Below are positions 24,495-39,149 of a stretch of 64,000 nucleotides of DNA, piece after piece. The translations under genes were made by a program, and so were the position numbers. The DNA is taken from NCBI GenBank assembly GCA_022605425.2, contig CM061249.1, forward strand, positions 1 through 64,000, written 5' to 3'. Under the pieces are notes generated by a model that had not been told where the DNA came from, did no database searches, and saw only the letters and a list, made by a program, of their open reading frames with translations. This stretch comes from Hamiltosporidium tvaerminnensis FI-OER-3-3. Its lineage: Eukaryota; Fungi; Microsporidia. Position 1 is the first letter of the stretch. Each line of letters opens with the position of its first letter.

Positions 24495-25260
24495 TTCTAA
24501 TTTGGTGAAGGGAGGAAAGCCACAAAAAAAATTTCTGGTTGGCATTGAGTATTTGAAACTTGTATGAAGATCATTGTTTGGATTTAGGATGGGAATAAAA
24601 GCACACTATATTTTCTGTTTTCTCGTAAAGGTTTGTATTACGAAGTCTACGAAATAGTAAAACTTTTTCTAGAAATTTATTTGTAGTTTTTTTGTAGCAG
24701 AATGGAATCTCAGCCGAACTTGTAAGCCATTGTCATAAAGAAGAAGCATTGAGCCTTAGCCTTGCTTACTCGTGTTATAAGATTGGCGCCTGTGATATTA
24801 AAATAAAAATTATTTAAAGCCATAAAAGCTAACTAGCAGGTTATATCTGTTGGTATGACACCGCACTGTCTAGATAGATTAAATGTAAGTCTCTGGGATA
24901 TATCTTAGCCAGAAGTGAATTAGATTCGGTAGGCGCTGCGTTAGTGGAAACGCCGCATAGTCTTGGGAGAACTAAAGATAAGGCTTCGCTCCTGATTACA
25001 CATAATGCAACCGAAGAAAACGCACAAAAAAAAACCGCCTCTCCTATTAATTAGGTCTGCTTACTTTTAGATAAAGGCCTTGGGAACGTGGGTATCGTAG
25101 AAAAAAATGAAGGTGGTCGGGTAGCATTTATTTATGTTAAACCTAGAACTACGTTGAAGTCATGAATACAAATAGAAAACTTACCATTCTTAGTAAAAAA
25201 AAAATGTGATGTTTTGAATAAGATTATTGCTTTAGTCATCTCCCTCTAAAAGTAAACATG
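24495..25260 (+). pseudogene. Unknown-family coding relic (family B, copy 1)
   Basis: GC-richer island. The plus frame reads LAGYICWYDTALSR*IKCKSLGYILARSELDSVGAALVETPHSLGRTK...HNATEE...SPIN*VCLLLDKGLGNVGIVEKNEGGRVAFIYVKP and shows several synonymous differences from the 36.5-37.2 kb paralog. Confidence 0.6.
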
Positions 25261-28200
25261 CCTTGGCATTAAAACTATATCATATTCAGAATAATTAAGA
25301 AAACAATGTAAAATGGTATTATTTTGAATATATTCTAATTGCTCTAACTTTATTTTATGATTCGACAGGGTATAATATTTTGCGCTTCCATATATCTAAA
25401 TGACATATATTTGTTAAAACCTTACTTTAGCAATTAAATTATTTCCTCTAGTTTCAAAATTTCTTGATCTACGAACTGTGGATGTATGGTTCTTAAGAAA
25501 ATAAAGAATAAATCATGGCGAAAACAAGATCAATACCAACGATGCTTTTATAAAAAATATTATGGAATTATAACTTACATTTTTTTGCATCGCTAAATAC
25601 CAAGGCTAATATTTTGTCATTAACGCTTATACAAAGTAAATTTGTTATCTGACTTTTATCCTTTTTTCTTTTTCCTTATTTTTATTCGCTTTTATTCTTC
25701 GACCTATCAATAACAATTTAAAATAAAAATCAAATAATAGATTCTTCAACTAAACCCAAATATATGATTACTTCGGCCTGTTCCTGTTTGGCCAGATACC
25801 TTTGCCTCGGTTAATTCCGAAATTGTTTAAAAAGTGCTTATGAGTTCTTCATTAATGTGATAATATTTTAAATTTTGTAGGTATTTTTACTCGCCGCAGA
25901 ATTAAAATTAATCCTTTTCTAAGAATTTTTATTTTCTAAATTTTACAAAAAAATCCTCACTCAAATTGCGAAGACACTATGGAAAAGATAATTGTTTGAG
26001 TTGTTCAAAAATGAAAGAAATAAAAATATTCAATATATATTCATAGTAACATCAAATGCTTTGTTCATTTTCTTAGCATTATTTATTTTGTATTAAACCA
26101 TCTCATACTTATTTTCTAATGTGTTTTCTTTAATTCTTTTTTTTTCAATTTTAAATATTTTTTTTAGTTTTTACGTTTTGTTCATGATATTGACTTAAAT
26201 ATTCAAATAAATATTCCAATAATATATTTAAACATATTTTTAATTTCTCATTTTAGGCATGATACACTATTTCTTGATTCTATTATTTTTTTACTGTTTA
26301 CTAATATTTTTTTATATTGAAAGAGAAAAAATAAACCTTTAAAAATGAATGATAGAATGGACTTATCTTAAAAACAAATGATTATTTTAAAAGCCATTTA
26401 TTTCTTAATACTGGTTATCTTTTTAAATATAGAAATAGAAAATGATAAAATTTATTATTACACAGCAATATATTTATAGATTTTGAAAGTATAGATAAGA
26501 TATGTTCGGATATAATTTATTTCTTATATGTTAATATTCCTTCGTACATTCTATCTAAATTGATTGTATAAATTCAGAAAAATTGCAATAATTTGTATTT
26601 TATATTTCTTACGCAGCATAAAAGGTATATGTAATATATTAAACAATAGAAACTATTTTTAATTCACAATTTTGATACGAACATCATACTTTTTGTCAAA
26701 AAATCATAAATTTCACTCTTATGTTTATTAAAAATATGAAACAGCTTTCCCTAATATTATTTTAGTTTTCAGAGTTATAGGTTGCGCATTTAAATATTGG
26801 TCTATTGAATTCCACTAAAAGTCTTCTATTTAATGCGCAAATAAACCATGGAATAATAAAAGCAACTTTACATATTTGAAGTCTTTTTTCGTATTAAAAT
26901 TTCAAAAGGAATGTTCTCATAAAAATAAGATTTAAACTAGAATTTATAATTTTCCGACTTTCATACACTACTACCTGCTTTATGCAATATATATATTTTA
27001 AAGGCTCTAAATAATTCAAGAAGAAAAGTACAAACATATAAAATAGAACTTACCATAATTGAAGTAGTTTAACAAAATTATTTACTTATTTTTCATAGTT
27101 TATTTCTATTTTTTTTTTACGTTTTATAGTCGTCATTTCTTTCTTTCTATTTTTCAAATATTATCTAATTTTATTTAGATATGATGTTTGAAAAAAAAAT
27201 AGCTATAAAAATAAAACAAGTTTATAGTACATCTCAATGGTTATAGTCATTATTAATAAGTTATTTTGTATTTTTTTGAAAAAATATTCTACTTCTTTTC
27301 TGTACATATTAGATCTTTGAAATTTCAAAATAAATTCATTTCTTAATCATCTTTTATAATTGTTAACTTAAATTTAATTATTATTACTATGCTAAATTCC
27401 TTGGTAAGCCACTCGCCGCATATAGCATCTTATATAATAATTACGGCTTTAGAATTCGTATTACAGTTCTACAAAGATTGAACGATTCAAAGTTGCAAAC
27501 TCTTCAATAGATTTTTTTTGTATTTTGTTGCAACATTTTTTTATTGTTGGGAAATAATAAAGAGTTAATGGAATTACATAAGATGTATCCTATAAAAGTC
27601 TGGTTTCAAGAATAAAAGAATAACAACACATCCAATTGATCTCTATATTATACCTACATTTAGACGATTTAAGTTTAAGCTATATTCAAACGAAAGAATA
27701 TATATTGAAAAAGTAGAATCAAAAAATATAATGTACAAATCGATTTCCAAGAACAACCATGCTTATATTAAATATATTTTCTTATCATAAACTAGATTCG
27801 GAAAATAAGTCCATGATATCGATTCAAGAAAGTAAATTACGAAAAATCAAAAATCTATGACTTTAAGCTGTAAAATAGCGGTAAATGTTTGAAAGAAAGA
27901 CACAGTAAACTAGGAAGTGTAAACTAAAACCCTATCATATAATACTGAAAAGATCTAATTTTATAAGTGGGATTAACGAAATGAAAATTTAAAATGTTGT
28001 TTTCATTCTAATGATTTTATAAAACTTCCTTATGAGGTCTTGGACTATCTTAATTTTTTTTTTGAGTAATCAACTAGTATTTCTAAATTCTATGCAATTC
28101 TTTCAATAGGAATATTAATTACCATTTTTAAATAAAACTTTCCCGGTATTCTTGATAGATTAAATAGAAATTTTGTAATGTTTTAATAAAATATTTATCG

Positions 28201-28369
28201 TTTCTATTTAGAAAATAATATAAAAACGTATCATATAGAATTTTTAATTCACGGTTTTTTTTGTAAAAATATTATTTAAAAACATTTTTTTTCTTTAATT
28301 AATATTTTAGAACATTATTTTTTTCGTATTTTAGATTGAAGGTTGACTGGTTTCCGATTAGGGCATGTA

Positions 28370-28730
28370 TCATAAATTTCTAAAATGTGGGTTTTTTGAC
28401 CGAAGTTCGTAAATATATAAGTTCCCAGTGTTTAAAACACCGAAATATTCATCCACAACTAAATATTGTTTAAAGTCTTACCATTTCAAAATATTTCTAC
28501 TTTTGATAAAAGCACAACTAGCCTGTTTCATACATACACTCTTACATTCTTTACATCCCTTGGTCGCAATACCAGAACGCTTTATAAATCTCTTACTTAT
28601 AGAAACTCTTAGAAACGTGCCTTCTCTTTTTATAACACGGATTTTCTATAAAAGAGCTATTTCTGAATTCCACCACTCTGCAATCATATGTTTTATATGA
28701 TTTTCATGTTGCTAGGTTGGATTTGGCTAA
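28370..28730 (-). mobile_element. Decayed non-LTR retrotransposon ORF2 fragment (EN-RT linker, R1/I-group-like)
   Basis: Reads AEWWNSEIALL*KIRVIKRE...KECKSVCMKQASCAFIKSRNILKW*DFKQYLVVDEYFGV. This follows the WWxxEIxxL...IxxSK..W..F......D.WG linker pattern. Confidence 0.55.
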
Positions 28731-29344
28731 CAATAACAATTTTTTTTTCAATAACATACATCTGATGTATATCTGTGGACAATGTTTTACATAACATCCA
28801 AATAAATAGAATCTCTTGGTTAGAGAATTTCTATTGCTACATAAGATGTTTTCTCTTGTTCGTGCTATTCACTTAATTTGGTGGTTTCATATTTTGTAGG
28901 CATATCTTAATTCAGTGTTTCATTTCAAACTCTCTGCAGTACACACTATTTCGATATTGGAAATATTTGGGTAAAAAATTTGAAAATATAAATAAAGAAA
29001 AAATGAGAAAATAGATTACAATATAAAATTAATTTTGATATAAAAAAATAAATTATATTTTAGGATTGATTTTTGATTTACATCTTTCGAATAATTATTA
29101 AAATCTACAAGAGTACCATCAAATCATACGTACATTTAAACATTTTAAGACAAATGGGTTTAACGTTTTTTTAATTTTATGATTTGGCAATTCATTTTCC
29201 CTTAGAACAATTTCCATACCTTAGTAATCGAAAATTTGAAAATCTTATAGGAATTCTTATATGAATATAAGCTTTAGCATTCTTCACCTTTCTTGGTGCA
29301 GATTGGTTTTGAGATTTTCTTTTTTGTTGTAAGGGCAACTAAAT

Positions 29345-29545
29345 GGGACTCGTCCTCCGGGTTGGGGTTGGGCCTAGAGCTAACAACCTATTTTTAAAAC
29401 CAGCTTGTTACAAACCCAAAAAAATAAACGTACCCTTAAGGGAAATTAGAAAACTATTAGGCGTGGGTAAAGAATGAAACCGGTGAAAGCTATTACTGGG
29501 GGAGGCCAAGGCTTGTATAGGGCTTTAATGCCGAGGATGAAGGAA
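29345..29545 (+). mobile_element. Internally deleted (bipartite) RTE-clade element or SINE-like derivative
   Basis: RTE 5' motif GTCCTCCGGGTTGGGGTTGGGCCTAGAGCTAACAACC...TGTTACAAAC lies within ~100 bp of an RTE 3' end GGAGGCCAAGGCTTGTATAGGGCTTTAATGCCGAGGATGA. Confidence 0.7.
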
Positions 29546-32500
29546 ATCTGGTATCTTTTATTGTATTCAGGAAATTTTAATTCGAATCAGTAGGGTTCAG
29601 TTTTGATTTTTTTCTATTTTTTAGAAATGCAACAAATGATCCGTATATTTAAATCAATTTAAATTTGAAGACATTTTAAATAAATCGAAGTAGTGTTCTG
29701 AAGAAAGCAATTAAAACAAGAGAAAATTACCCGGTTATAAAAAAATTCATTCATGGTTTTAACTATTCTTTTGGATTTTATATGATTTGTTAAATCTTTT
29801 ATGTTTTTATAACTTTTACTGATTTCATTGCAATGCATATAATTGTCTAAATCATTTTTTTGATTCGGGAAAAGTTTAAGATTAAGGATAAATACAGAAA
29901 AAAACGAGGCCGTATGGAAAAAAGTGAAATAAATACCAATAAACTTGATCGAAATGAGTTGCCGTGTAGTGGCTTTTTTTCCAAATATTTTTTATTTTGC
30001 TAATGAACTTCCAGTAGAAAGAGTCTGAATTTTTTTGTATTTTATGTCGTTCGAATTACTTTATTACAAAAATATTTTTTTTATTTCCCATTGATTAGGC
30101 TTACTCATGGTTTATTTTTAAATTGTTTTCGGTTCTATGTTAAAGTTCTTTGTGTATTCTTTATATATACTTTTTTATTTTCTACATTATATCTTATTTT
30201 TAAATTTATTTTTATATTGTAGGTTATTTAAATTCTCTTGGTTATGATTTTAAAATTTAATTTTTTCACACCAATATTTTCAGGTGGATTTTCAAGTATA
30301 ACTTGTTCTTTAATTTATTTTTTGTAGATACTCTTGTGTGTAAAATTCGGATAAAATAGATTAAGAACCATTTGTTTAAATTAATTAAATAAATAACGTT
30401 TAAAAGTTTTGACATTATATATCTATGTGTATAATTTCAAAAATCTATACAAAAATAAATTATGATCTATATCTATTTTTTTCCTATTATAATGAGTGGC
30501 ATGTTTGTTTCAATCGAAAATATTAAATACTCTCAAAAATAAAAAAGAATGTTTTAAACGATTCATTTTATCTTAGATTTCTATATTAAAAACATAATAA
30601 ACTTTTTATACTAAAGCAATATTTATGAAATACAAAATAAAACCTATATTTCGTTTGAATAATTGAATTAGGAATCAATATTGATTTTGAAGCTCAGTCT
30701 TAAATAATTTATTCTTTTTGAAGTATAAATAAGTATTTATTGAGAAACACGCATGATTGTATCTTTTTAGTTAATTAGTTTCCCTGTGAAAAATTTTAAA
30801 AACTATTTTTATAAAAAAGTTTTTTAATTATATTTACTAAATGCTTTTTTCTTGTTTAATTGAATATATAGAATATGTAAAACATTTATTTAAATGATTT
30901 AAAATTATTCTGTTTTTGCATAGGAAAAATTAAGTATTGCATAGATTAAGAAAATTTTCTTGTTTTTATTTTCAAATAAATACGAATTTATTTACAGTTA
31001 AAAAAAATGAAATTTCTTATGAGTATGTTTTTATTATATGCGTAGTATTTCTTAGTAGAAGCCACGAAAAATCATATCTTCGTGTTTAAATTATTAGCAA
31101 TAAATATATTTCAAAATAATTTGAAGAATTTTTATTTTGCGCAAATGTATTTTTTGTTTAAACCCTATTAATCTAATCTCCCTAGATGAATTTATTTTAA
31201 GGTTTAATGCCTAGATAGAAATAAATATAAGTGTTATAATTATGAAAATATTTATTTTAGCTTCTATTAGCCTATTCTATGGCCTTTTTCCTGTATTAGA
31301 GCTTTAAAGATTAGTTTATTTATCTATAAAAACGTCTAATGATTTATTTGAGAACACTGTTTTATAAATCCTTAATATATATTTTTTTAAAAATGAAGTA
31401 GTAAAGATATTAAAAATAAAAATTAATTTCAAGTCGGATTTTTAATCTGATACATTTACTTTATAAAAAAAAGGAGTGATATCTTGAAAATATCAGATAT
31501 ATAATAAAACTCTAATTATACGGCTTATATTGGCTTATAAGAAATATTTGTGCATCTACATTGTAAGTGCAGTATAGGAGAATTAATCGATTAAAGTTGA
31601 ACAAGTTTTTTAAAAAACTAGATAAAAAAACAAATGAAAATGATATGTTATTGATACAGGATGTTTTGATAAATGTATCGTTTTTAATTAAATTATAGAA
31701 ATATGGCATGTAATTTTTTGATTCGCAAATAAAGATATTGAAAATTTGATTGATTTTTTAAATCTAAGATGATCGGTATTACAAATTAATGATATTTTTT
31801 GAAAGTTTATTTTAATTTGACAGCGACTTGTAGACTTAAAACCTAGATCTATTTTAACGTACAAAAATTCTAAAATCAAATGCAACTTTTTAGACATTTT
31901 ATACAGACGCCGCCGGGAAACTAAGAAGAAAAAAAACCTAAAATTTATAGTTGAATTCACATAGTCTTTGCTAGCTTATTGCGTTGTAGCTACGAATTAG
32001 CCTGCAAGATAAGTTGTACAGTCATTAAAAAAATTTTCAGGGGCTAGTATAGTGAATAAATTCGTTTATATTTTATATTGGACTGATTACTATACATAAG
32101 ACAGACAGAAGTTTATATTTGAATTTCTAAATAAAAAATTATTTGTTTTGCAAATAACATAAGCAAATATACATAGTCTTAGATATGTTATGTTATGTTA
32201 GTAAATTTACATGCGAAAGCATAAAAATACTTCACAATCTTGAAAGCAAAGATTCCGTCATATGAGAGGTACATTTGCTCATTAGATAAACTTGTTCCAT
32301 AATTGTAAGAGTACGTTTAATGTAAATATATGACAGAACAACTTACGAAAAAAATTATGTTTGTACAAAATTTCATTTTAGGGTATCGGTTCATTGCAAC
32401 CATAATTCAAATAAATTCTTCATCATATATATATATTCCTGTGAATAGATAAAATTAGAGGCTAGAATATATCCCTATCCTGGAATTTAAAAAGGCATAC

Positions 32501-33549
32501 CTTGAACAACAATAAAAAAAAATTTTATATGCTTACTTTTCCAATTAAAACAGAAGATATGGCTATGCAAGCGGTCTTAACAAGAAAATGGACATTATCT
32601 GCCTTTTATAAATCTAAAAGGTTTTAATTATAAGTGAATATAAATTACCAGCATAAAAGGGATATATATGAATTTTAGAATTTAGACATTAGTTCACGAT
32701 AACCCTACTTTTGTCATCATTGACTCCATCTAAGAATCAGGCGAAACAAAACAAATTTTATTTTTTTACCTTTTAAGTGTTTTTAAATGCTCGAACAGCA
32801 GCAATGACTTTAGGAAATAATAATAATTAAAACCTTTGAAATTTTAGATAATACAAAAAATAATAAGTTATTGCAACCAAGAAAAAGAGAGAGTATATAG
32901 ATACGAGTTATTATCTATATTCTTTTCTTAATATTATGTTTTTATCTTTTTGGTCATAAATTTTCAAAATCGTGTAAAAATTATAAATTTATTTTTAAAT
33001 GTTAGTATCAACTCGTGAGAACGTATATTTCTAAAAAAGGCAGACTATACAATAAAATTAATACTTGATGTATCCATTAAATAAATCTAAATATTAAACC
33101 ATATAATTCCAAAACCTTTGTAATGTTTAAGTATAATCTAGTAAAGACTTTGAAAACCTATTTAAAAGACTTCCTAGAAAGCTACCATAATATAATAATA
33201 TTAAGAGTCACGCTATTTAAACAATACTTATTTTTAAAACAATGATTTTAACAAATTAACTAAATAAGACAAACACTAAAAGATTGCTAAGCATAGAAAT
33301 TATAAAAATTAAGGAGAAAGAAATAACAAAGATGCTAAAAAGACTATCCATTGTTTTATTTAAGAGTTTATAAATTTTTTATGTTGTACTTAATTGAACA
33401 GACTAAGAAAGAATGTTTTTACCAACATTTTACATTATATCACTTTGATTTCTTATCTGTTATTCTTGTGTTCATTTGGATCAGTTATAAAAAAATAGAT
33501 TTTAAAAATTACAAACATGAACTCAAAAGAAATTTATAGGAAATCCAAA

Positions 33550-34800
33550 TACAATTTAAAAGAAAAATATCAAAGTACGCTTCAAACTTTTTTTATACAA
33601 ACAAAGAAATTTTATGAAGTATAACTATCCACATTGTTGTTCCCTATACTATTCATTTTTCTGGTGATAAAATTCAAACCTAGTATTATTTTTCAATGTT
33701 TCTTTTTCCTATTTCATTTCCAAAATATTCTTGTTAGATGTTGTTTCTAACAGCAAACAACTAAATTTGATCTAAATATCTACTTGTCATCCAAAAGAAA
33801 CACCCGAATAATTACTAACAATCAAAATCGTGCAGATTCATATTTATTCTTATAAAAAGGGTAATTTTTAAATTTCATTGTAAATAATCCTATATTTTTC
33901 TAAATTTATCAATAAAATATTTCTTAGTTCCAGAACTTTTTATTTTTGCTCCACTTTATAAGTTTTCCTGTAACATTGTATATTAACCGTTTGAAATGTA
34001 ATAAACTAATGGGAATTTCTCGGAAGAAAGTACAAAGGGTATGGATTTCTTTGTTTAATTTCGAATAATAAATCTGATATAAAAAATAAAAACAACCGAT
34101 TTTTTTCTTTGTGTATATGAATCTAACTTGAAAATAAATAATATATCATTTTCTCTGTCCACCAATCAATTTTTCTTTTTATTTCACGATCCTTTAAAAA
34201 GTTTTTAAAATGTCTTTTCTTTTTTTATAGGCATTTTTAATTTAAGAAAAGAATTTGTTAGAAAATGCATTTAACTATCAAATTAAAGAATCATACGTAT
34301 AACAACTTTTTAGATAACTTTTTTCACAAATATCCTTAAAAATTCGAAAATTTTCTTCTTCAGAACAATCAATTAAAAATTTCGTATTGTACATATTTTC
34401 CACCTTAAAAATGAGATCTAAAATATTTTTATTTTCTAATTTAAAATCACACCTTTGAATATTAAACCCATACTCGTGATATATTTTTACACCCAAAAAG
34501 TTTTATAAGTAAATTTTAAAATCAAAACAAGCTTCCTTTTTATAAATGATTGTACAGAATAATATTGTTGCTTGTTAATCATATATATGTTTCGCGTTCT
34601 TTAAAAACAAAGAAAAAACATTTTTCGGATAATTCTGCCATAAACCTTTATTAAGCTACAAAAAAAGTTTCTTCCAATTTGTGTAGATATATATTTGTAA
34701 ATCGCTTAGTGATTTTTCTTTTTTATATCAACACATAAAAATTTAAATTTTCTACTTTTTTAATAAACACATTATGTACATCATTTTTTTTCTTGCTATA
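33550..34800 (-). pseudogene. Probable decayed host gene of unknown family
   Basis: The 72-codon open stretch at 34278-34496 has interrupted protein-like extensions on both sides. No recognisable domain. Confidence 0.3.
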
Positions 34801-36509
34801 AATTTTTATTTTTTAAGAAAATTAAATAAGAATATGATTTTCTTTGGAAAGACACAAAATAAAAAATGAATTATATTTTATTTAATATAAATCAGAAAAA
34901 AATACTAAAATGACATATTATCAGAAATAAGAAATATCTTTTGGTTTATAAAAAGCAATGCTTAATATTTAAAAAATCTTTACATATTGATCTAATCCCC
35001 ACACATATAGTTAAGCAAAAACTAGCATTTAATTTAGATCCTGAATATTTCCTGTCGATTTGTAACAATAGAAATTTCAAATTTTAATAATAATTGCAGC
35101 GACACAATTTCAGAATAGAAAGCAAGAATTTTAAAATTCCAATCGAAATTTCTTGTTTAGTATTAAAAAAAAATCATGTAATTGTTTATAGAGAAAGTCG
35201 AAAACTATTTTTAGTGAGGTGTTTTTTGATTTCCGTCGTTATTGTTTTTTTTTAAAACCCTTTCAGGAAGCATCTTCATATCCAATACTTTTGAATATTT
35301 CGTTATTATAACTGACTTTAAAATTTTATTGTAAGGGATCACGATATATTTTAATATTGAGTTTTATTAAAAGTTAATCGATTCTCATAGAAGTACTGTG
35401 CAAGATAATGATATTCAAATTCGAACCCTTAAAAGCTTATTGTTATTTTTTAACCAAATGTTTCTCGGTTGAATAAAGAATAAACTGTTGACTTTTCTTA
35501 AAATATATATTAAAGTACGAATATAAAATCAATAGTTGAAGAAATGAATCTTTTTAATGTCTTAAAAGTTGAACTAATGTATTAGGCATCTTAAAATACA
35601 AATGATTGTAGAAAATAGTTTAATAATTTGCTATTTTAATACCAAAGTCATTATTATAATAAAATAGAGCTTCATGTCTGACTTTCCTATATATTCTAAG
35701 ATTATAAGTAAATATGCTTTATCTTTAAAAACTGTACTTAAAATATTAAAATAAGATCTTTTAAAAAAATAGTTCCTAATACATTATTAAGTTTCCTATT
35801 TTTTTAATATAAAAAAACATTTATTTAATAATGTATAAACGCAATAAAATATTATTAAGACTATTACTAATATGTCTTGTAAGATATTTTAGACTTATGC
35901 TTAAACGTTAAGCATTTGATTTAAATGAATGAAGATAGAATATGATAGGTTTGGTTCGTAAATCAAAAAAATTGGTTGGAATCAATTTAATAAAGTATAT
36001 ATTTTTTTAAAAAGGTTTTTAAAATACTATATTCGTGGGCAAATATTTTGAACCGATTTTTATTTCATAGATATAGGAATTTTGAAAATAGTTTTTTAAA
36101 TTTTAGGCTTCTATTCACAAATTTTAATTAAATTAATCACGATAAACTCTAACTTTTTATTTAACCCAGCAGATGTATAATTTATTTAACATATTAAATC
36201 TTGAATAGTTAAATTGAGTTTTTTTCATAAAAAAAAAATATTTCCTTGAAATCGAACGTTATGTTTATAATTTATTCTGTATTATTTATGTATTTAGGAG
36301 TAATTTTAATTTTTTTTAATTTTAAGAAAAATTCGCCAATATAGATTTCTTTTAGATTATGTTTAATTTATCTGAGAGAAAAATCGAGAAGATACCCAGT
36401 TTTGACCTCTCGAAAAAATATTCATATTTTTCTGAGAAAATTATAATGAAAAAAAAGCTTACGTTTGCGAAAAACCAACTTAATTTATTAATTTGAAATT
36501 ATATTTATT

Positions 36510-37220
36510 TCTAATCTTTGGTGGAGGGTGGATAATCTCCTAGAAAATTTTCTGTTTAACATGAGTATTCTAAAATGGTATTGAGATGATTTTGAATTTT
36601 TAGAGGGAATAATACCCTACTACCGTTCTGGCTGTTCATGGGAGTTGTTATGAGGGGAAGAAGGTCATGGAAATGTCACAAAAATTTATTCAAATCTATT
36701 TTGGTGTTTTTTATGAAAGTATATCTTAAACTGCAATTATACTTGTGGGTAATTGCTATGTAAAAGTATAAAAAAAAGCTCTTCTCACTCAAGTTAGAAG
36801 ACTAAGCCCCTGATAAAATCAAAATAAAAACCATTTAAAGCTGAGAGAGCTAAGTAGCAGGTTATACTTTTGGTATGGCATTGTAATGTATAGGTTGACC
36901 CCTTTGTAAGTCTCTGAAAAATCTCTTTAATAGAAGTTTTTTTGGTATCGTAAGTGTAGAGTAAGTCGGAATGCTGCATAGTCTGGTACGAGCTAGGAGT
37001 ATAATACGGCTTTCAATAATACTCTATGCAACCGACATTAATAAACTCCGCGCAACTTCCTCGCTTATTACTTAGGTTCTGACACCTGTTAGATGAAAGA
37101 CTTTGGATTCTAGGTATCGTAGATTATATTGATGGAGTGTTATAAAATATGTTATTTATGGTACACCTAGAACCGTCTTTTTCTCATGATAACAAATATA
37201 ATTCTTGCCACTGTTTTGAA
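36510..37220 (+). pseudogene. Unknown-family coding relic (family B, copy 2)
   Basis: Shares TAGCAGGTTATA, TGTAAGTCTCTG, GCATAGTCT, ATGCAACCGA and GGTATCGTAGA blocks with copy 1, with stops and frameshifts. Confidence 0.6.
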
Positions 37221-39149
37221 AAGAAGTTTATTTTTGACTTAAATTTTTTTTAGACATAAACTTAAAATTATATTTGTTATCAAATGCACTTCTAAACATT
37301 TCATAAGATGTTTATAAATGTATTCATATAAAGTATAACAAGCCCTATATATGCGAATGTTAATAGGATTGAAAAAAATATAGATGTTTCTTCGGTGTTA
37401 GAATTATCTATCTATCGTTTTCTTAAAGAGAAATTTCAATGTGCTTTCTTTATTTAGGTTTCATAAGGCTAAAACTATATGTCTTAAATAGTAATATAAT
37501 CAACAAAAATTATTTTTCAATTTAAAAATTGTAATTTAATAGAAGGATAGTATTGTGCATCTTTTCGTTTTAAATATTTCTGTATGTTTTTAGCACATAG
37601 TTAAAATTTGAAGAGAGTAAATTTAAGAAATTAATCGCGAATTGCCTTTTATTCTTCGTATATTTCTAGGTATGATATACATTGATCGTGTTTTCATATC
37701 ATTTATACTCTATTTCACGAAAAATTAATAAAATACCTTAAAAATAGATTGATGATGTAAAAACAATATTTTGCTAATTAAAAAATATATTTTGTGCTGT
37801 AGCTTACGGTGTGCCATAAAAATTTTTTAACTCTATGTGAATTGTTTTTAGCAAGTCAGAAATTCATATTATCAGGAAACTAAGCAATTCTTCTCTTTAT
37901 TTTGCAACAAACAAATTTAATTTAAACTTTTACACAAAAGAGAGTCGGAAGGTAAAGTTTTTTGATAAATTATATCCATTTAAGCATTTAAAATAACTAA
38001 TCGTCAATCATTTTTACACATTTAACTATTTAAACCATATGTTTTTAAATGAATAAGCAGTTCAAAGATCAGGTTTCCCATGCGATCTCATATTACACAC
38101 ATGTATATAAATCTTAAGTTGTTATCTTGGAATTTTATATTCTAATAATATATGCAATTTAGAACAGAGATGTTTATCCAATTGGTTGGAATGTCGAAAA
38201 TACATCTAGTAAGACGTATGTTTTTGTGTTTTTCGTAAAAGATAATAAAGAGTATCTATATTTGATGTCTATTCGGTAAGTAAACGCTTCTATAAGATCA
38301 TAAATATATGATTTTTTTTCTCTAAATCTAAAAACCAGGTATGACACAAATACGGACAATAATGCATCTAAACATATAATTGAAACGAAAAAATATAATA
38401 AAGAATAAAAATATAAATTTCTAATAGAATATTTTCACAAGTAAAGATAAAGTACTACGAAAATCAATATATATTTTATACTATACTTGATTAACATTAT
38501 TTCAGTATGATGTAGAAATCCATTGTTTTTGTAGTGTGATCTCAAAGTTTTGATTCTACATTTTATACGAATCTATTAAAACATTTCTAAAGATTGCCAA
38601 TCTATTTCCGATTCACTCTAATTTAATACCTCTTTTTTTAGGCTTATTCAGATTTAATAATTTAGAAAAAACATAGATATATTTTCTTTATTCATCTATC
38701 TTTAGAAAAATTATGTTTCAGATTAAATCTAAAAATTGAATTGATAAAGTCACAGAAAGTAAAAGAAGTAATACCCGCTAACTTAGTCAAAAATTTTATA
38801 CAAAAATAAAAAATTTAAAACCCTATTTGCATCATGAACTAGTTCTATGTTAATTTCCTTAAGAGAATTAATTGTAAAAAAATATTAACGATAATAGTAA
38901 GTTAAATAAAAAATTGCTATTTATGCTGAGCACAAACGCTACTTGATAAAGATTCTTTTTCTGTTTTATTTACTTATACTTTTTTCGCTAGTTTTCAAAT
39001 AGTACTACTTTTTTCTTAGTATATAATGATAATCTAGAAACAACGCATATAATAAAAATTCAGTTTAAAAATCTAATTTAGTTCTAAAATAAAATATTCA
39101 TAAACAGATATAAAGGATTCCTATTAGAGGACTTCGAATATATAAAAAT

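Noticed and set aside
24700-25130. rRNA or structured RNA gene in the GC-richer island
   Set aside because: No universal rRNA motifs were found, and comparison with the 36.8-kb paralog shows codon-type substitutions.
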